From the NCBI GenBank assembly GCA_041691135.1, contig JBEPVF010000004.1:29833-93832 (forward strand): 64,000 nt of DNA, read 5' to 3'. Source of the DNA: Candidatus Peribacteria bacterium. GTDB lineage: Bacteria; Patescibacteriota; Gracilibacteria; Peribacterales; Peribacteraceae. This document shows, one piece after another, positions 7,710 through 15,752 of this stretch. The translations under genes were made by a program, and so were the position numbers. How positions within the stretch are numbered: position 1 is the stretch's first letter; every line of letters begins with the position of its first letter. The notes under the pieces were generated by a model that saw only the letters and a list, made by a program, of their open reading frames with translations, was not told the DNA's origin and ran no database searches.

Positions 7710-10478
7710 TCACTCGTCCTTCCCGTGACACTTTTTATACTTCTTTCCCGATCCACACGGACACGGATCGTTGCGTCCCACTTTAGGCAATCCTTTTGCG
7801 ACCTGCTTCTTGGCTGGCCCCGGCGTCACCGATGATGCACCGGGGGCAAAACCGAGTAATGCAGCTGTATCTTCCATAGACGGGGCGGCGCCGTTTGGAC
7901 GGCCAGGCGCCTGAGCAGCAGCTGGCGTGATGCCCGTATGCTCAAGCTCTCCCTCAATCTCGCTCACATTTGTCTGCAACGATGATGCCTCTTCGTCGGC
8001 TTCCTGGGCCATTTGCACAACCAACCGCGGCGTAAAGTCGGCCAGGTTCGCATTGAGCAATGTGCGCACGATGGTGGAATTGATCGTGTTCATCAGCTGA
8101 TGGAAACGGCGGAATCCCTGATCTTGGTATTCGATCAGCGGATCGCGCTGCGCGTAGCCGGCGAATGCCACCTGTTCACGCAGATGCGACATGTCGTCGA
8201 TGTGATCCATCCAGTGCGCATCGATCGCCCGCAGCGTGACCACTTGTTCCGCACGGTTCACCGTATCGGCATCCTGCTCGGCGCACTTGCGCTCGTATTC
8301 GGCGATGAGCTTTTCGGCGACATGTTCGATCAGGAGATCTTTTTCCTGAAATGTTTTGAGCTGCTCGAGTGACAACGCCCCTGCCACTGTCGCCGATAAG
8401 CCGAGCAATCCTTCATGAATGCGCTCATATTCCCAATTGTCCGGATCGGTCGGCTGGGTGTAGGCATTCACCAAGTTCTGAGCCTCAGTGCGAATACCGA
8501 GCAGCACTTCTTCGTGGAGAGGACCGCCCATTTGATCACTCGTCACCTTCTCCGCCTCGGCAATTTTCCCCAGCACTTTCTGACGCCGCTTGTAGACGAT
8601 GTCTCGGTGCTTGTTCATCACGTCGTCGTACTGCAGCACGTGACGACGGATGTCGAAGTTCCGTCCTTCCACTTTCTTCTGTGCGCTCTCGATGGATCGC
8701 GAGACGAGTCCGTTCTCCAGCGGCACATCATCCGGTACCTTCAGCCGTTCCATCATCGCCTTAAGCCGGTCACCGCCGAACAAGCGCATCAGATCATCCT
8801 CCATCGAGACGAAGAACTGACTCTCGCCCGGATCGCCCTGGCGTCCCGATCGTCCGCGTAGCTGGTTGTCGATGCGTCGCGCTTCGTGACGTTCGGTACC
8901 CAGAATGGCCAGACCGCCGAGGGCAGGGACATCATCGCCTAATTTAATATCGGTTCCACGGCCGGCCATGTTCGTCGCAATTGTGACGATGCCTTTTTGC
9001 CCTGCCTGAGCCACGATATCAGCTTCTTTTTCGTGCTGCTTGGCGTTGAGCACTTCGTGCGGAATACGCATTTCCTGGAGCAAAAGGCTCATCACTTCGG
9101 ACTTCTCGATGGACGTCGTACCAATCAGCACTGGCTGGCCTTTGGCATGCTTCTCGGCGGCAATCTTCGCCACCGCCTTGAACTTCGCACTCACCGTGCG
9201 GTAAATCGCATCCGACCGGTCATCACGGATCATCGGTCGGTGCGTGGGGATCACGATCGTGCGCAACTTGTAGATCGACTCGAACTCTTCTTCTTCCGTC
9301 TTTGCCGTGCCGGTCATGCCTGCGAGTTTTTTGAACAGACGGAAATAGTTCTGAAAGGTGATTGTCGCCAGCGTGCGCGATTCGCGCTGCACTTCCACGC
9401 GTTCTTTCGCTTCGATGGCCTGGTGCAAACCATGTCCGTAACGGCGACCCGGCATCAAGCGGCCGGTGAATTCATCGACGATGATGATCTCGCCGTTTTT
9501 GACGACATAGTCGACATCCAATTTATAAATGGCATGCGCGCGCAACGCCTGCTCGATGTGGTGCACTTCTTCGAATCCTTTCTCGGTGTAAATATTATCG
9601 AGTCCAAGCATACCTTCCATCTTCTTGATACCTTCTTCGGTAAGTACGGCCGTGCGCTGTTTTTCGTCTCGGGTGTAGTCTGTAGTTTCGGCCAACTGCG
9701 ACACCAATTGCGCATACTGCAGATACTTGGTCGTCGATTCTTCCGCTGGCTGACTGATGATGAGCGGCGTGCGCGCTTCGTCGACCAGGATGGAGTCCAC
9801 TTCGTCGACGATGGCATAGTTGAGGCCGCGCTGGACTTGCCGTTCAATGTTGCTGGCCATGTTATCGCGCAGATAATCGAAACCGAACTCACTGTTTGTT
9901 CCGTATGTGATGTCGGCCGCGTAGGCGATACGACGATCATTCGTCGACGAACCGTTCACCACCACGCCCACAGTCAAACCCAGTGTCTTATAGAGTAATC
10001 CCATCCACGTCGCATCGCGCTTGGCCAGGTAATCGTTGACCGTGACGATATGCACGCCTTTGGCCTCGAGTGCATTGAGATACGCCGGCATCGTCGATAC
10101 GAGCGTCTTTCCTTCGCCGGTGCGCATTTCGGCGATGTTCCCTTTATGGAGAACCGCACCGCCTAGAATCTGCACATCAAACGGAATCATATTCCAAGTG
10201 AAGGTCTGCTTGCCGATCTGCATTGTCTGACCCTGAAGCAATTCGCATGCGCGGATGTGGACCGCAAATGCCTCCGGCAGAATGTCGTCCAGGCTTGTAT
10301 CGTCGGCTACCTTCTTCTTGAGCTCTTCCGTCTTGGCCGGCAAATCTTCCAGCGTAAGCGCGCGAATATCCGCCTGCTCAGCGCGCGTACGCACTTCCTT
10401 CACCCGCGGCCAGAGCTTTTTCAGCTCTTTTTCGTTTGGGTCACCTAAAAGCCGGTTGAGCGAATCCATCAAAGCCAT
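7710..10478 (-). CDS. secA: preprotein translocase ATPase SecA
   Basis: Full-length Sec[13 protein letters not shown]alker [38 protein letters not shown] and a C-terminal zinc motif [14 protein letters not shown]. The ATG at 10478 ([12 protein letters not shown]) gives the canonical N-terminus and removes the overlap with tsaB. Confidence 0.95.
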   Translation of the reverse strand: MALMDSLNRLLGDPNEKELKKLWPRVKEVRTRAEQADIRALTLEDLPAKTEELKKKVADDTSLDDILPEAFAVHIRACELLQGQTMQIGKQTFTWNMIPFDVQILGGAVLHKGNIAEMRTGEGKTLVSTMPAYLNALEAKGVHIVTVNDYLAKRDATWMGLLYKTLGLTVGVVVNGSSTNDRRIAYAADITYGTNSEFGFDYLRDNMASNIERQVQRGLNYAIVDEVDSILVDEARTPLIISQPAEESTTKYLQYAQLVSQLAETTDYTRDEKQRTAVLTEEGIKKMEGMLGLDNIYTEKGFEEVHHIEQALRAHAIYKLDVDYVVKNGEIIIVDEFTGRLMPGRRYGHGLHQAIEAKERVEVQRESRTLATITFQNYFRLFKKLAGMTGTAKTEEEEFESIYKLRTIVIPTHRPMIRDDRSDAIYRTVSAKFKAVAKIAAEKHAKGQPVLIGTTSIEKSEVMSLLLQEMRIPHEVLNAKQHEKEADIVAQAGQKGIVTIATNMAGRGTDIKLGDDVPALGGLAILGTERHEARRIDNQLRGRSGRQGDPGESQFFVSMEDDLMRLFGGDRLKAMMERLKVPDDVPLENGLVSRSIESAQKKVEGRNFDIRRHVLQYDDVMNKHRDIVYKRRQKVLGKIAEAEKVTSDQMGGPLHEEVLLGIRTEAQNLVNAYTQPTDPDNWEYERIHEGLLGLSATVAGALSLEQLKTFQEKDLLIEHVAEKLIAEYERKCAEQDADTVNRAEQVVTLRAIDAHWMDHIDDMSHLREQVAFAGYAQRDPLIEYQDQGFRRFHQLMNTINSTIVRTLLNANLADFTPRLVVQMAQEADEEASSLQTNVSEIEGELEHTGITPAAAQAPGRPNGAAPSMEDTAALLGFAPGASSVTPGPAKKQVAKGLPKVGRNDPCPCGSGKKYKKCHGKDE

Positions 10479-10561
10479 ATCGAAGTCAGGGTAGCGAAAA
10501 CAGAGGCGGCACGATAGCAGAGGTTGGCCGAAAAAAGGATAGTTTTGCCCCAGAAAGCCAT

Positions 10562-11170
10562 TTACCATCCTCGCCCATACCACGGGTCAATTCGTGTGCG
10601 CTCATACGTTTGCGCTGCCACAAAAGACGGCAGTACATCCGATAATGATTGTGATGCAGCCTCGATCAATCCCAACTGATCAACAGCGGCACGATGCTCC
10701 GGGATCAACTCCCCAATCCATCGGTCCTTTGCAGTCGCATACTGACCGATTGTATCGAGAGAAATGCACTGCGGCTCCGGGAGTGGCTGCGCATGCCGAC
10801 CGAATCCTCGAATGAACAATTCATTCTTCTTCGTCGAATGAAACCATAGAACATCGTCGTCTGCTGACTGTGCATGTTTTAAATCACTTGTGTGGATTCC
10901 TGCTGACGGAACATCGAGCGCATAACTGAGTGCGTTCGCGAAGGCAGCTGCCACGCGTAAGCTCGTGAATCCACCCGGACCGACAACGCACGCAATACGG
11001 TCAATATTAGCCGGTTTCCATTCTGCTTCCTTCAATATTGATTCATAGAATTCGATCAACTCTCGGTCGGATGTTTTGGGATGAATTTCGCGCGATGAAA
11101 CGACTGCATCATCGACCGTACAGGCAATGCAACCGTCATGACTTGCCAAATCCAGGAAGAGAGTACGCAT
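10562..11170 (-). CDS. tsaB: tRNA t6A37 biosynthesis protein TsaB (YeaZ)
   Basis: [10 protein letters not shown]..., [27 protein letters not shown] is the TsaB/YeaZ signature. Size is about 200 aa. Confidence 0.85.
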   Translation of the reverse strand: MRTLFLDLASHDGCIACTVDDAVVSSREIHPKTSDRELIEFYESILKEAEWKPANIDRIACVVGPGGFTSLRVAAAFANALSYALDVPSAGIHTSDLKHAQSADDDVLWFHSTKKNELFIRGFGRHAQPLPEPQCISLDTIGQYATAKDRWIGELIPEHRAAVDQLGLIEAASQSLSDVLPSFVAAQTYERTRIDPWYGRGW

Positions 11171-11194
11171 GGAACAGCACAATAACATGAAAGG

Positions 11195-11232
11195 GAAGGG
11201 AGGAGGCTACGACGTCGTAGCCTCCTCCCTTC
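11195..11232. repeat. 38-nt perfect palindrome (19-bp arms)
   Basis: GAAGGGAGGAGGCTACGAC|GTCGTAGCCTCCTCCCTTC read directly. It lies 25 nt upstream of the tsaB start. Confidence 0.85.
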
Positions 11233-11330
11233 GGGGATGGTCGAATGGCGCATGCTTACCATTCGGCCCATTATCGCGGACACAGCAACGTGTCCTCACA
11301 AATGACGATACCCGATGTATAGGCGCCTTC

Positions 11331-11358
11331 ACAAACAAGACCCCCGAAAAATCGGGGG
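11331..11358 (-). terminator. intrinsic terminator after the small membrane-peptide ORF
   Basis: Minus-strand CCCCCGA-TTTT-TCGGGGG stem-loop followed by TCTTGTTTGT, 13 nt after the stop at 11371. Confidence 0.6.
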
Positions 11359-11370
11359 CCGAGGTGCCAA

Positions 11371-11478
11371 TCAACGGAAAAACAAAAGCGAGCCAACGAA
11401 GAGAATGATTGTCATAATCCAGACAATCGCCTCTCCCAGTCCCCATTTATCCCTGAGGAATGTATCGGAGATCCTCAT
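11371..11478 (-). CDS. small hydrophobic peptide (35 aa), not in the ORF track
   Basis: Translates as MRISDTFLRDKWGLGEAIVWIMTIILFVGSLLFFR. The ATG is preceded by AAGGAGAGGG at correct spacing. One TM helix, followed by a terminator. Confidence 0.45.
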   Translation of the reverse strand: MRISDTFLRDKWGLGEAIVWIMTIILFVGSLLFFR

Positions 11479-11622
11479 TGCCCTCTCCTTCGTTTAAACA
11501 AGAATCAGACTGACTTAACTATAATACAATGAATTTAAATTAAAGCAATACACCAATTGCAGCTGCATCAGCCGTTGTAACAATCAATATTCAATCCCCC
11601 GCATTCATCCTACTATCTCCCC

Positions 11623-12507
11623 ATGGCTCCCACACTTTCCATCGTCATTCCCACACACAAACGCGCTGCCATCTTGGAAAAGTGTCTGGAACATATTGAA
11701 GCACAAACGGTACGCGACAGCTTGGAAGTAATCGTAGTGAGCGACGGCCCGGACGAAAAGACACGTCAACTGCTCGAACGAAAAATCGCCGAGACGCCGG
11801 ATACATTCCCGGTAAAGGAATCTATGTACCGGTACATAGAGATTCCCAAATCACATCAGGGGGTGGCCCGCAATCGTGGTGTAGCTGACGCACGAGCATC
11901 CATCGTACTCTTCGCGCAGGATGACATCTTTCTGGCTCCCGATGCCTGTGCGCAGCATATGAGCAGTCATGCACTTCTCAACAAAAAAACACCGGAGCCC
12001 GAAGCAGTGCTGGGATACACGACATGGGATCCTGACTTAATCATTACACCCCTGATGCAATGGCTGGAACGTAGTGGTTGGCAGTTCGGCTACCCGCATA
12101 TTGAGCCATTTGCTGGCTCCCACATCCCCGCCGATCTTCAACATCGTTACACCTACACCTGTCATTTGAGCCTGCCAACGAGTGTGGCAAAAGCGCATCC
12201 GTTCCTCGAAGACATTACGTTATACGGCTGGGAAGACATCGAATGGGGCATGCGTTTGGCACACGCCGGTGTGCGGCTGTTCTACCAAAAGAATGCGCGT
12301 GCATATCACCATCATCCGATGACAATGGAACAGTCGCTGAAACGCATGGAAACTCTTGGCAAGGCAGCGGTGATCATGGAAGAAAAGGTGCCGAATCTGT
12401 CGCTGACGCCAAAAGGCTGGAAGCGTTTGGCCTATCCGCTTATTGCACTCCTGCCAACGATGAAAGGAAAACATACGAAGGCTTTTTTGCGAGGAATGAG
12501 AGTGTGA
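11623..12507 (+). CDS. family 2 glycosyltransferase
   Basis: LSIVIPTHKRAAILEKCLEHI..., VIVVSDG and FAQDD (DxD-like) are a typical GT-A/GT2 N-terminal domain. Confidence 0.85.
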   Translation: MAPTLSIVIPTHKRAAILEKCLEHIEAQTVRDSLEVIVVSDGPDEKTRQLLERKIAETPDTFPVKESMYRYIEIPKSHQGVARNRGVADARASIVLFAQDDIFLAPDACAQHMSSHALLNKKTPEPEAVLGYTTWDPDLIITPLMQWLERSGWQFGYPHIEPFAGSHIPADLQHRYTYTCHLSLPTSVAKAHPFLEDITLYGWEDIEWGMRLAHAGVRLFYQKNARAYHHHPMTMEQSLKRMETLGKAAVIMEEKVPNLSLTPKGWKRLAYPLIALLPTMKGKHTKAFLRGMRV

Positions 12508-12621
12508 GGACTCCGAGGAAACCGACGGCGCCGACGAGTCCGAGGACCCCCTTCACTACACCGAGGCGGCCTTACGCCGCCCAACCTCTTCGCACGTTCG
12601 CTACCCCAGGGAACAGCCCCT

Positions 12622-12758
12622 CCGCCTATGTGGTGGGGATGAGTGGGTACGAATGTCGATGGAGCAAGCCGTAGGCGCTCCATCGACATGAGGTGGGTCA
12701 TAGGCGGTGCGCTTCTTTTTGGTTCTTTTTCTTGTCGCGGGGAGACAAGAAAAAGAAC
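12622..12758. repeat. nested inverted repeats in the non-coding gap upstream of nusA
   Basis: CCGCCTATG (12622-12630) pairs with CATAGGCGG (12699-12707). This encloses a 13-bp hairpin, ATGTCGATGGAGC (12653-12665) with GCTCCATCGACAT (12677-12689). A 15-bp hairpin follows: GTTCTTTTTCTTGTC (12722-12736) with GACAAGAAAAAGAAC (12744-12758). Confidence 0.7.
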
Positions 12759-13034
12759 ACCAGTGGTGATTGGGAAGGTTGGTGCTATGGGAAAGTCTCG
12801 GCCAAACCTGCCCTCCAGAAGAGCCCTTGCAGAGGACATATAGATATATTTTCGCACGGCTAGAGCTTAAATTTCTCAAGAGGAAACCTTGCATAAACCC
12901 CAATTTCGTGTACAATCCATTCGACGATAAGCGTATTCTGACTATTCCAAGAGATTGGAATGGTCCTTTCGCCCAGCAATAGCCGGAAATACAGGCCATC
13001 GTCACTTCATCATTGGTTTCTTCCCCTTCCTGTC

Positions 13035-14306
13035 ATGCGTGCATCATTCCTCGCCGCCATCAATCAAATTTGTTCCGACAAGAATGTCAGTCCCGATCAG
13101 GTGATTGAAGCCGTCAAACAAGCTATCGCTACGGCATACCGCAAAGATTACGGTAATAAAGAACAGGAGATCCGTGTGGATTTCGAAGAAGGCAAAGACA
13201 TGCCCACGATTTTGCTGGTGAAAGAAGTGGTAGAAGAAGTGGAGAACGACAACTTCGAAATCAGCGTGAAAGACGCACGCAAAGTGAAGCCCGACGTGGA
13301 AGTGGGTGACGAAATTGCGATTGATGTGACGCCGATCGAGTACGGCCGCATCGCCACACAGGCTGCTAAGCAAGTGATTCTGCAGAAATTGCAGGAAGCA
13401 GAGAAGCAGAGTTTGTACGAGATGTTCAAGGATCGCGAAGAGGAGTTACTCACCGCAACGGTGACGAAAGTGGATCCCAACTGGGTAACCCTCGAGATCG
13501 AAGGTATGACGGTATCGCTCCCGTGGCGCGAACAGATTCCCGGCGAGCACTACTACACCGGCAAGCGCCTGCGCGTGTACCTGGATACGGTGGAATTGAC
13601 CGGCAAAGGACCGCAGCTGCGCATCTCGCGCACACATCCGAACTTGGTCCGCAAACTGTTGGAACTCGAAATTCCCGAAGTCCGTAACGGCGACGTGGAA
13701 ATTAAAGGCATCGCCCGCGATGCCGGCTTCCGCAGCAAGGTGGCGGTAAAGAGCAACGATCCGCGCATCGATCCGATTGGCGCCTGCGTGGGACAGAAAG
13801 GAGTACGTATTCAGGCAGTGATGGAAGAGATCAACGGCGAACGCGTCGACATGATCGAGTGGAGCGATGATCCCATCAAACTCATCTCGCTTGCACTTCA
13901 ACCGGCTGCCATCTCAGCCGTCATCATTGTGAACGATCAGGAGCGCATCGATGAACAAGGCCGTCGCATCAAGAAACGCGCTGCTGTGTTCGTAGAAGAA
14001 GCGCAACGTCCGATGGCCATCGGTAAAAAGGGTCAGAATATCCGCCTGGCCACCGACCTGACCAGCTATGAACTCGATATGTACAACTACGAGGAACTCC
14101 CGGCTTTCAAAGCCAAGTTGGCACAATTGCGTGGCGAAGAATCGAGTGATGTTTCGGCCCCAGTCACAACAGACGAACAGCCAGCTCCAGTTGATGCCGA
14201 ACCAGTCGGCGTACCACCGCCCGCCGAGAGCACCGGTAATGCTGAGACGAACACCGAAGCAGAAACAGTGGAACAGGCAACGGTACAGGAAGCGGAAGCT
14301 GCATAA
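13035..14306 (+). CDS. nusA: transcription termination/antitermination factor NusA
   Basis: N-terminal domain (FLAAINQICSDKNVSPDQVIEAVKQAI), S1 domain, and two KH domains (GACVGQKGVRIQAVMEEINGERVDMIEW; AIGKKGQNIRLATDLT). Acidic C-terminal tail. The start is taken at ATG 13035 (MRASF...). Confidence 0.9.
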   Translation: MRASFLAAINQICSDKNVSPDQVIEAVKQAIATAYRKDYGNKEQEIRVDFEEGKDMPTILLVKEVVEEVENDNFEISVKDARKVKPDVEVGDEIAIDVTPIEYGRIATQAAKQVILQKLQEAEKQSLYEMFKDREEELLTATVTKVDPNWVTLEIEGMTVSLPWREQIPGEHYYTGKRLRVYLDTVELTGKGPQLRISRTHPNLVRKLLELEIPEVRNGDVEIKGIARDAGFRSKVAVKSNDPRIDPIGACVGQKGVRIQAVMEEINGERVDMIEWSDDPIKLISLALQPAAISAVIIVNDQERIDEQGRRIKKRAAVFVEEAQRPMAIGKKGQNIRLATDLTSYELDMYNYEELPAFKAKLAQLRGEESSDVSAPVTTDEQPAPVDAEPVGVPPPAESTGNAETNTEAETVEQATVQEAEAA

Positions 14307-14324
14307 ATCCAATGAACTCTCAAA

Positions 14325-14352
14325 ACGTCCTTCTGCCGGAGGGACGTTTTTT
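14325..14352 (+). terminator. intrinsic terminator after nusA
   Basis: AACGTCC...GGGACGT stem followed by TTTTTT, 19 nt after the nusA stop. Confidence 0.7.
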
Positions 14353-14492
14353 AAATATTCTTCGGTCACCTCTGTCATTTTAATTCTTAGAGTTGCCACG
14401 CGACAAAATGTGCATCGCTGCCAAGCGCAACTGTTTGGGAAAATAGCGAGAACAGCTTAACATTCATGCATCTATTTCTTGCTGTCCATCGT

Positions 14493-15008
14493 ATGAAGAA
14501 AGCAAATCAGTCCGCGTTTCAACTGCATATTTTTTCGCACCTCGGTCACGGGTTCACCCTCATCGAACTCCTCCTGGTGATCGGCATCATCGCCATCCTC
14601 GCGAGTATCGTCATCGTCGCCATCAACCCCACCAAACAGTTGGGTGATGCACGCAACGCCCAGCGTCGTTCGGATGTGAACACCCTTTTGAATGCAATTT
14701 ATCAATACGAAATCGACCGCAGCGGCGCCCTGCCGAATGCCAACATCCCGACGACCGCAGCGACAGCGAAGACCATCTGTCAGTCGACGACGGATGATGC
14801 CACCTGCGCCGGTGTGTCCATTGGCGGCATCACGCTCCGCTCTCTCACTGGTACATACATTGTGTCTGTCCCGAAGGACCCGTCCCTCACGTCCGCCCAG
14901 ACAGCCACCGGCACTCGCTACAGCATCTGGCGCGATCCGGTGAACAGCCGTCTGACGATCACCGCAACGACAACGGATCGTGCCGTACCAATCAGCGCAT
15001 CACGGTAG
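14493..15008 (+). CDS. type IV pilin (major-pilin-like), copy A
   Basis: Prepilin leader ending [27 protein letters not shown] (class III signal with Glu5). Near-identical to the product of 23265-23759. The track ORF begins 27 nt upstream; the ATG at 14493 gives a 20-aa leader. Confidence 0.85.
   Translation: MKKANQSAFQLHIFSHLGHGFTLIELLLVIGIIAILASIVIVAINPTKQLGDARNAQRRSDVNTLLNAIYQYEIDRSGALPNANIPTTAATAKTICQSTTDDATCAGVSIGGITLRSLTGTYIVSVPKDPSLTSAQTATGTRYSIWRDPVNSRLTITATTTDRAVPISASR
14550..15008. repeat. inverted repeat arm A (pilin paralog), partner at 23265-23723
   Basis: Alignable with the reverse complement of 23265-23723. Block 14723-14950 is identical base for base to the reverse complement of 23323-23550. 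Confidence 0.9.
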
Positions 15009-15070
15009 ACGAAGATTAATTAGTCAGCTGCCTATCATCTTGTAGGATGACCATTGACAATGGATCATGA

Positions 15071-15718
15071 ATGCCTTTTGATAAACATACTATGAGCGAC
15101 TTGGACCGCGAATTGGATTCAGCCAAAAGAATCGCTGAACAGCTGACAGCTGCTTGTATTATTGCAGCAAAAGATGAGAAATCTGAGAGAGCAAAACATA
15201 CTGCTGACGCACTGGCGACGCTCACACACTCCATTCGTTCTGCAGTGGAAGTGGCAACCGCAGCATTGCAATATACCGAACAAAGACAAAATCCACGGCC
15301 AATTCCATCCAGCCTTACTTTCTCTGATCGATCTTCCCTTTTTCAGCAGATTGTAAATGACATCGAAATCAGAAGAGAGAATATGGGCAGAGATAAAAGT
15401 CTGGATACAAAAGCAAAGATATACAAACTGCTGGAATATATCGTCAATCATATGAGCCCGGATGGGTACATCTCACGAGAGGCAATTACGATATTTTTGG
15501 CAGGTTACGAACTGGAAGACACAGATAAGGCTACCACCGCAACCATGAGTAATTTCAAGAATCAGTACTTTGTTAATACACCGTATAGATTCGAACCACA
15601 TAGAGAAGATACAACGGAAAAGGGCCGTATCGTTGGCTATTGGTTGCGACGCGAAGGCAAACCAGTACAGCTCACAACCGAACAAAATGCCGCCGACGAG
15701 CCAGAGAAGTCTTCGTGA
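15071..15718 (+). CDS. hypothetical protein (215 aa)
   Basis: Clean ORF in a visibly AT-richer stretch. No motif recognised. Confidence 0.5.
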   Translation: MPFDKHTMSDLDRELDSAKRIAEQLTAACIIAAKDEKSERAKHTADALATLTHSIRSAVEVATAALQYTEQRQNPRPIPSSLTFSDRSSLFQQIVNDIEIRRENMGRDKSLDTKAKIYKLLEYIVNHMSPDGYISREAITIFLAGYELEDTDKATTATMSNFKNQYFVNTPYRFEPHREDTTEKGRIVGYWLRREGKPVQLTTEQNAADEPEKSS

Positions 15719-15752
15719 CGCCCCTATACAAATCACCTACCCTCACAATCAC

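Noticed and set aside
8997-9998. 333-aa plus-strand ORF inside secA, and similar antisense ORFs at 8013-8861, 9455-9940 and 10255-10494
   Set aside because: It lies entirely antisense to, or out of frame within, a full-length well-conserved secA. The products are low-complexity with no motifs, typical of shadow ORFs in GC-rich coding DNA.
10479-10583. 35-codon upstream extension of secA overlapping tsaB
   Set aside because: It is non-homologous hydrophobic sequence. The canonical SecA N-terminus begins at the ATG at 10478.
12243-13005. Three overlapping ORFs (143, 141 and 134 aa) in the GT2-nusA gap
   Set aside because: They are mutually overlapping in different frames and strands, give Pro/Arg-rich nonsense translations, and have no starts with RBS. 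The region is treated as non-coding and structured instead.
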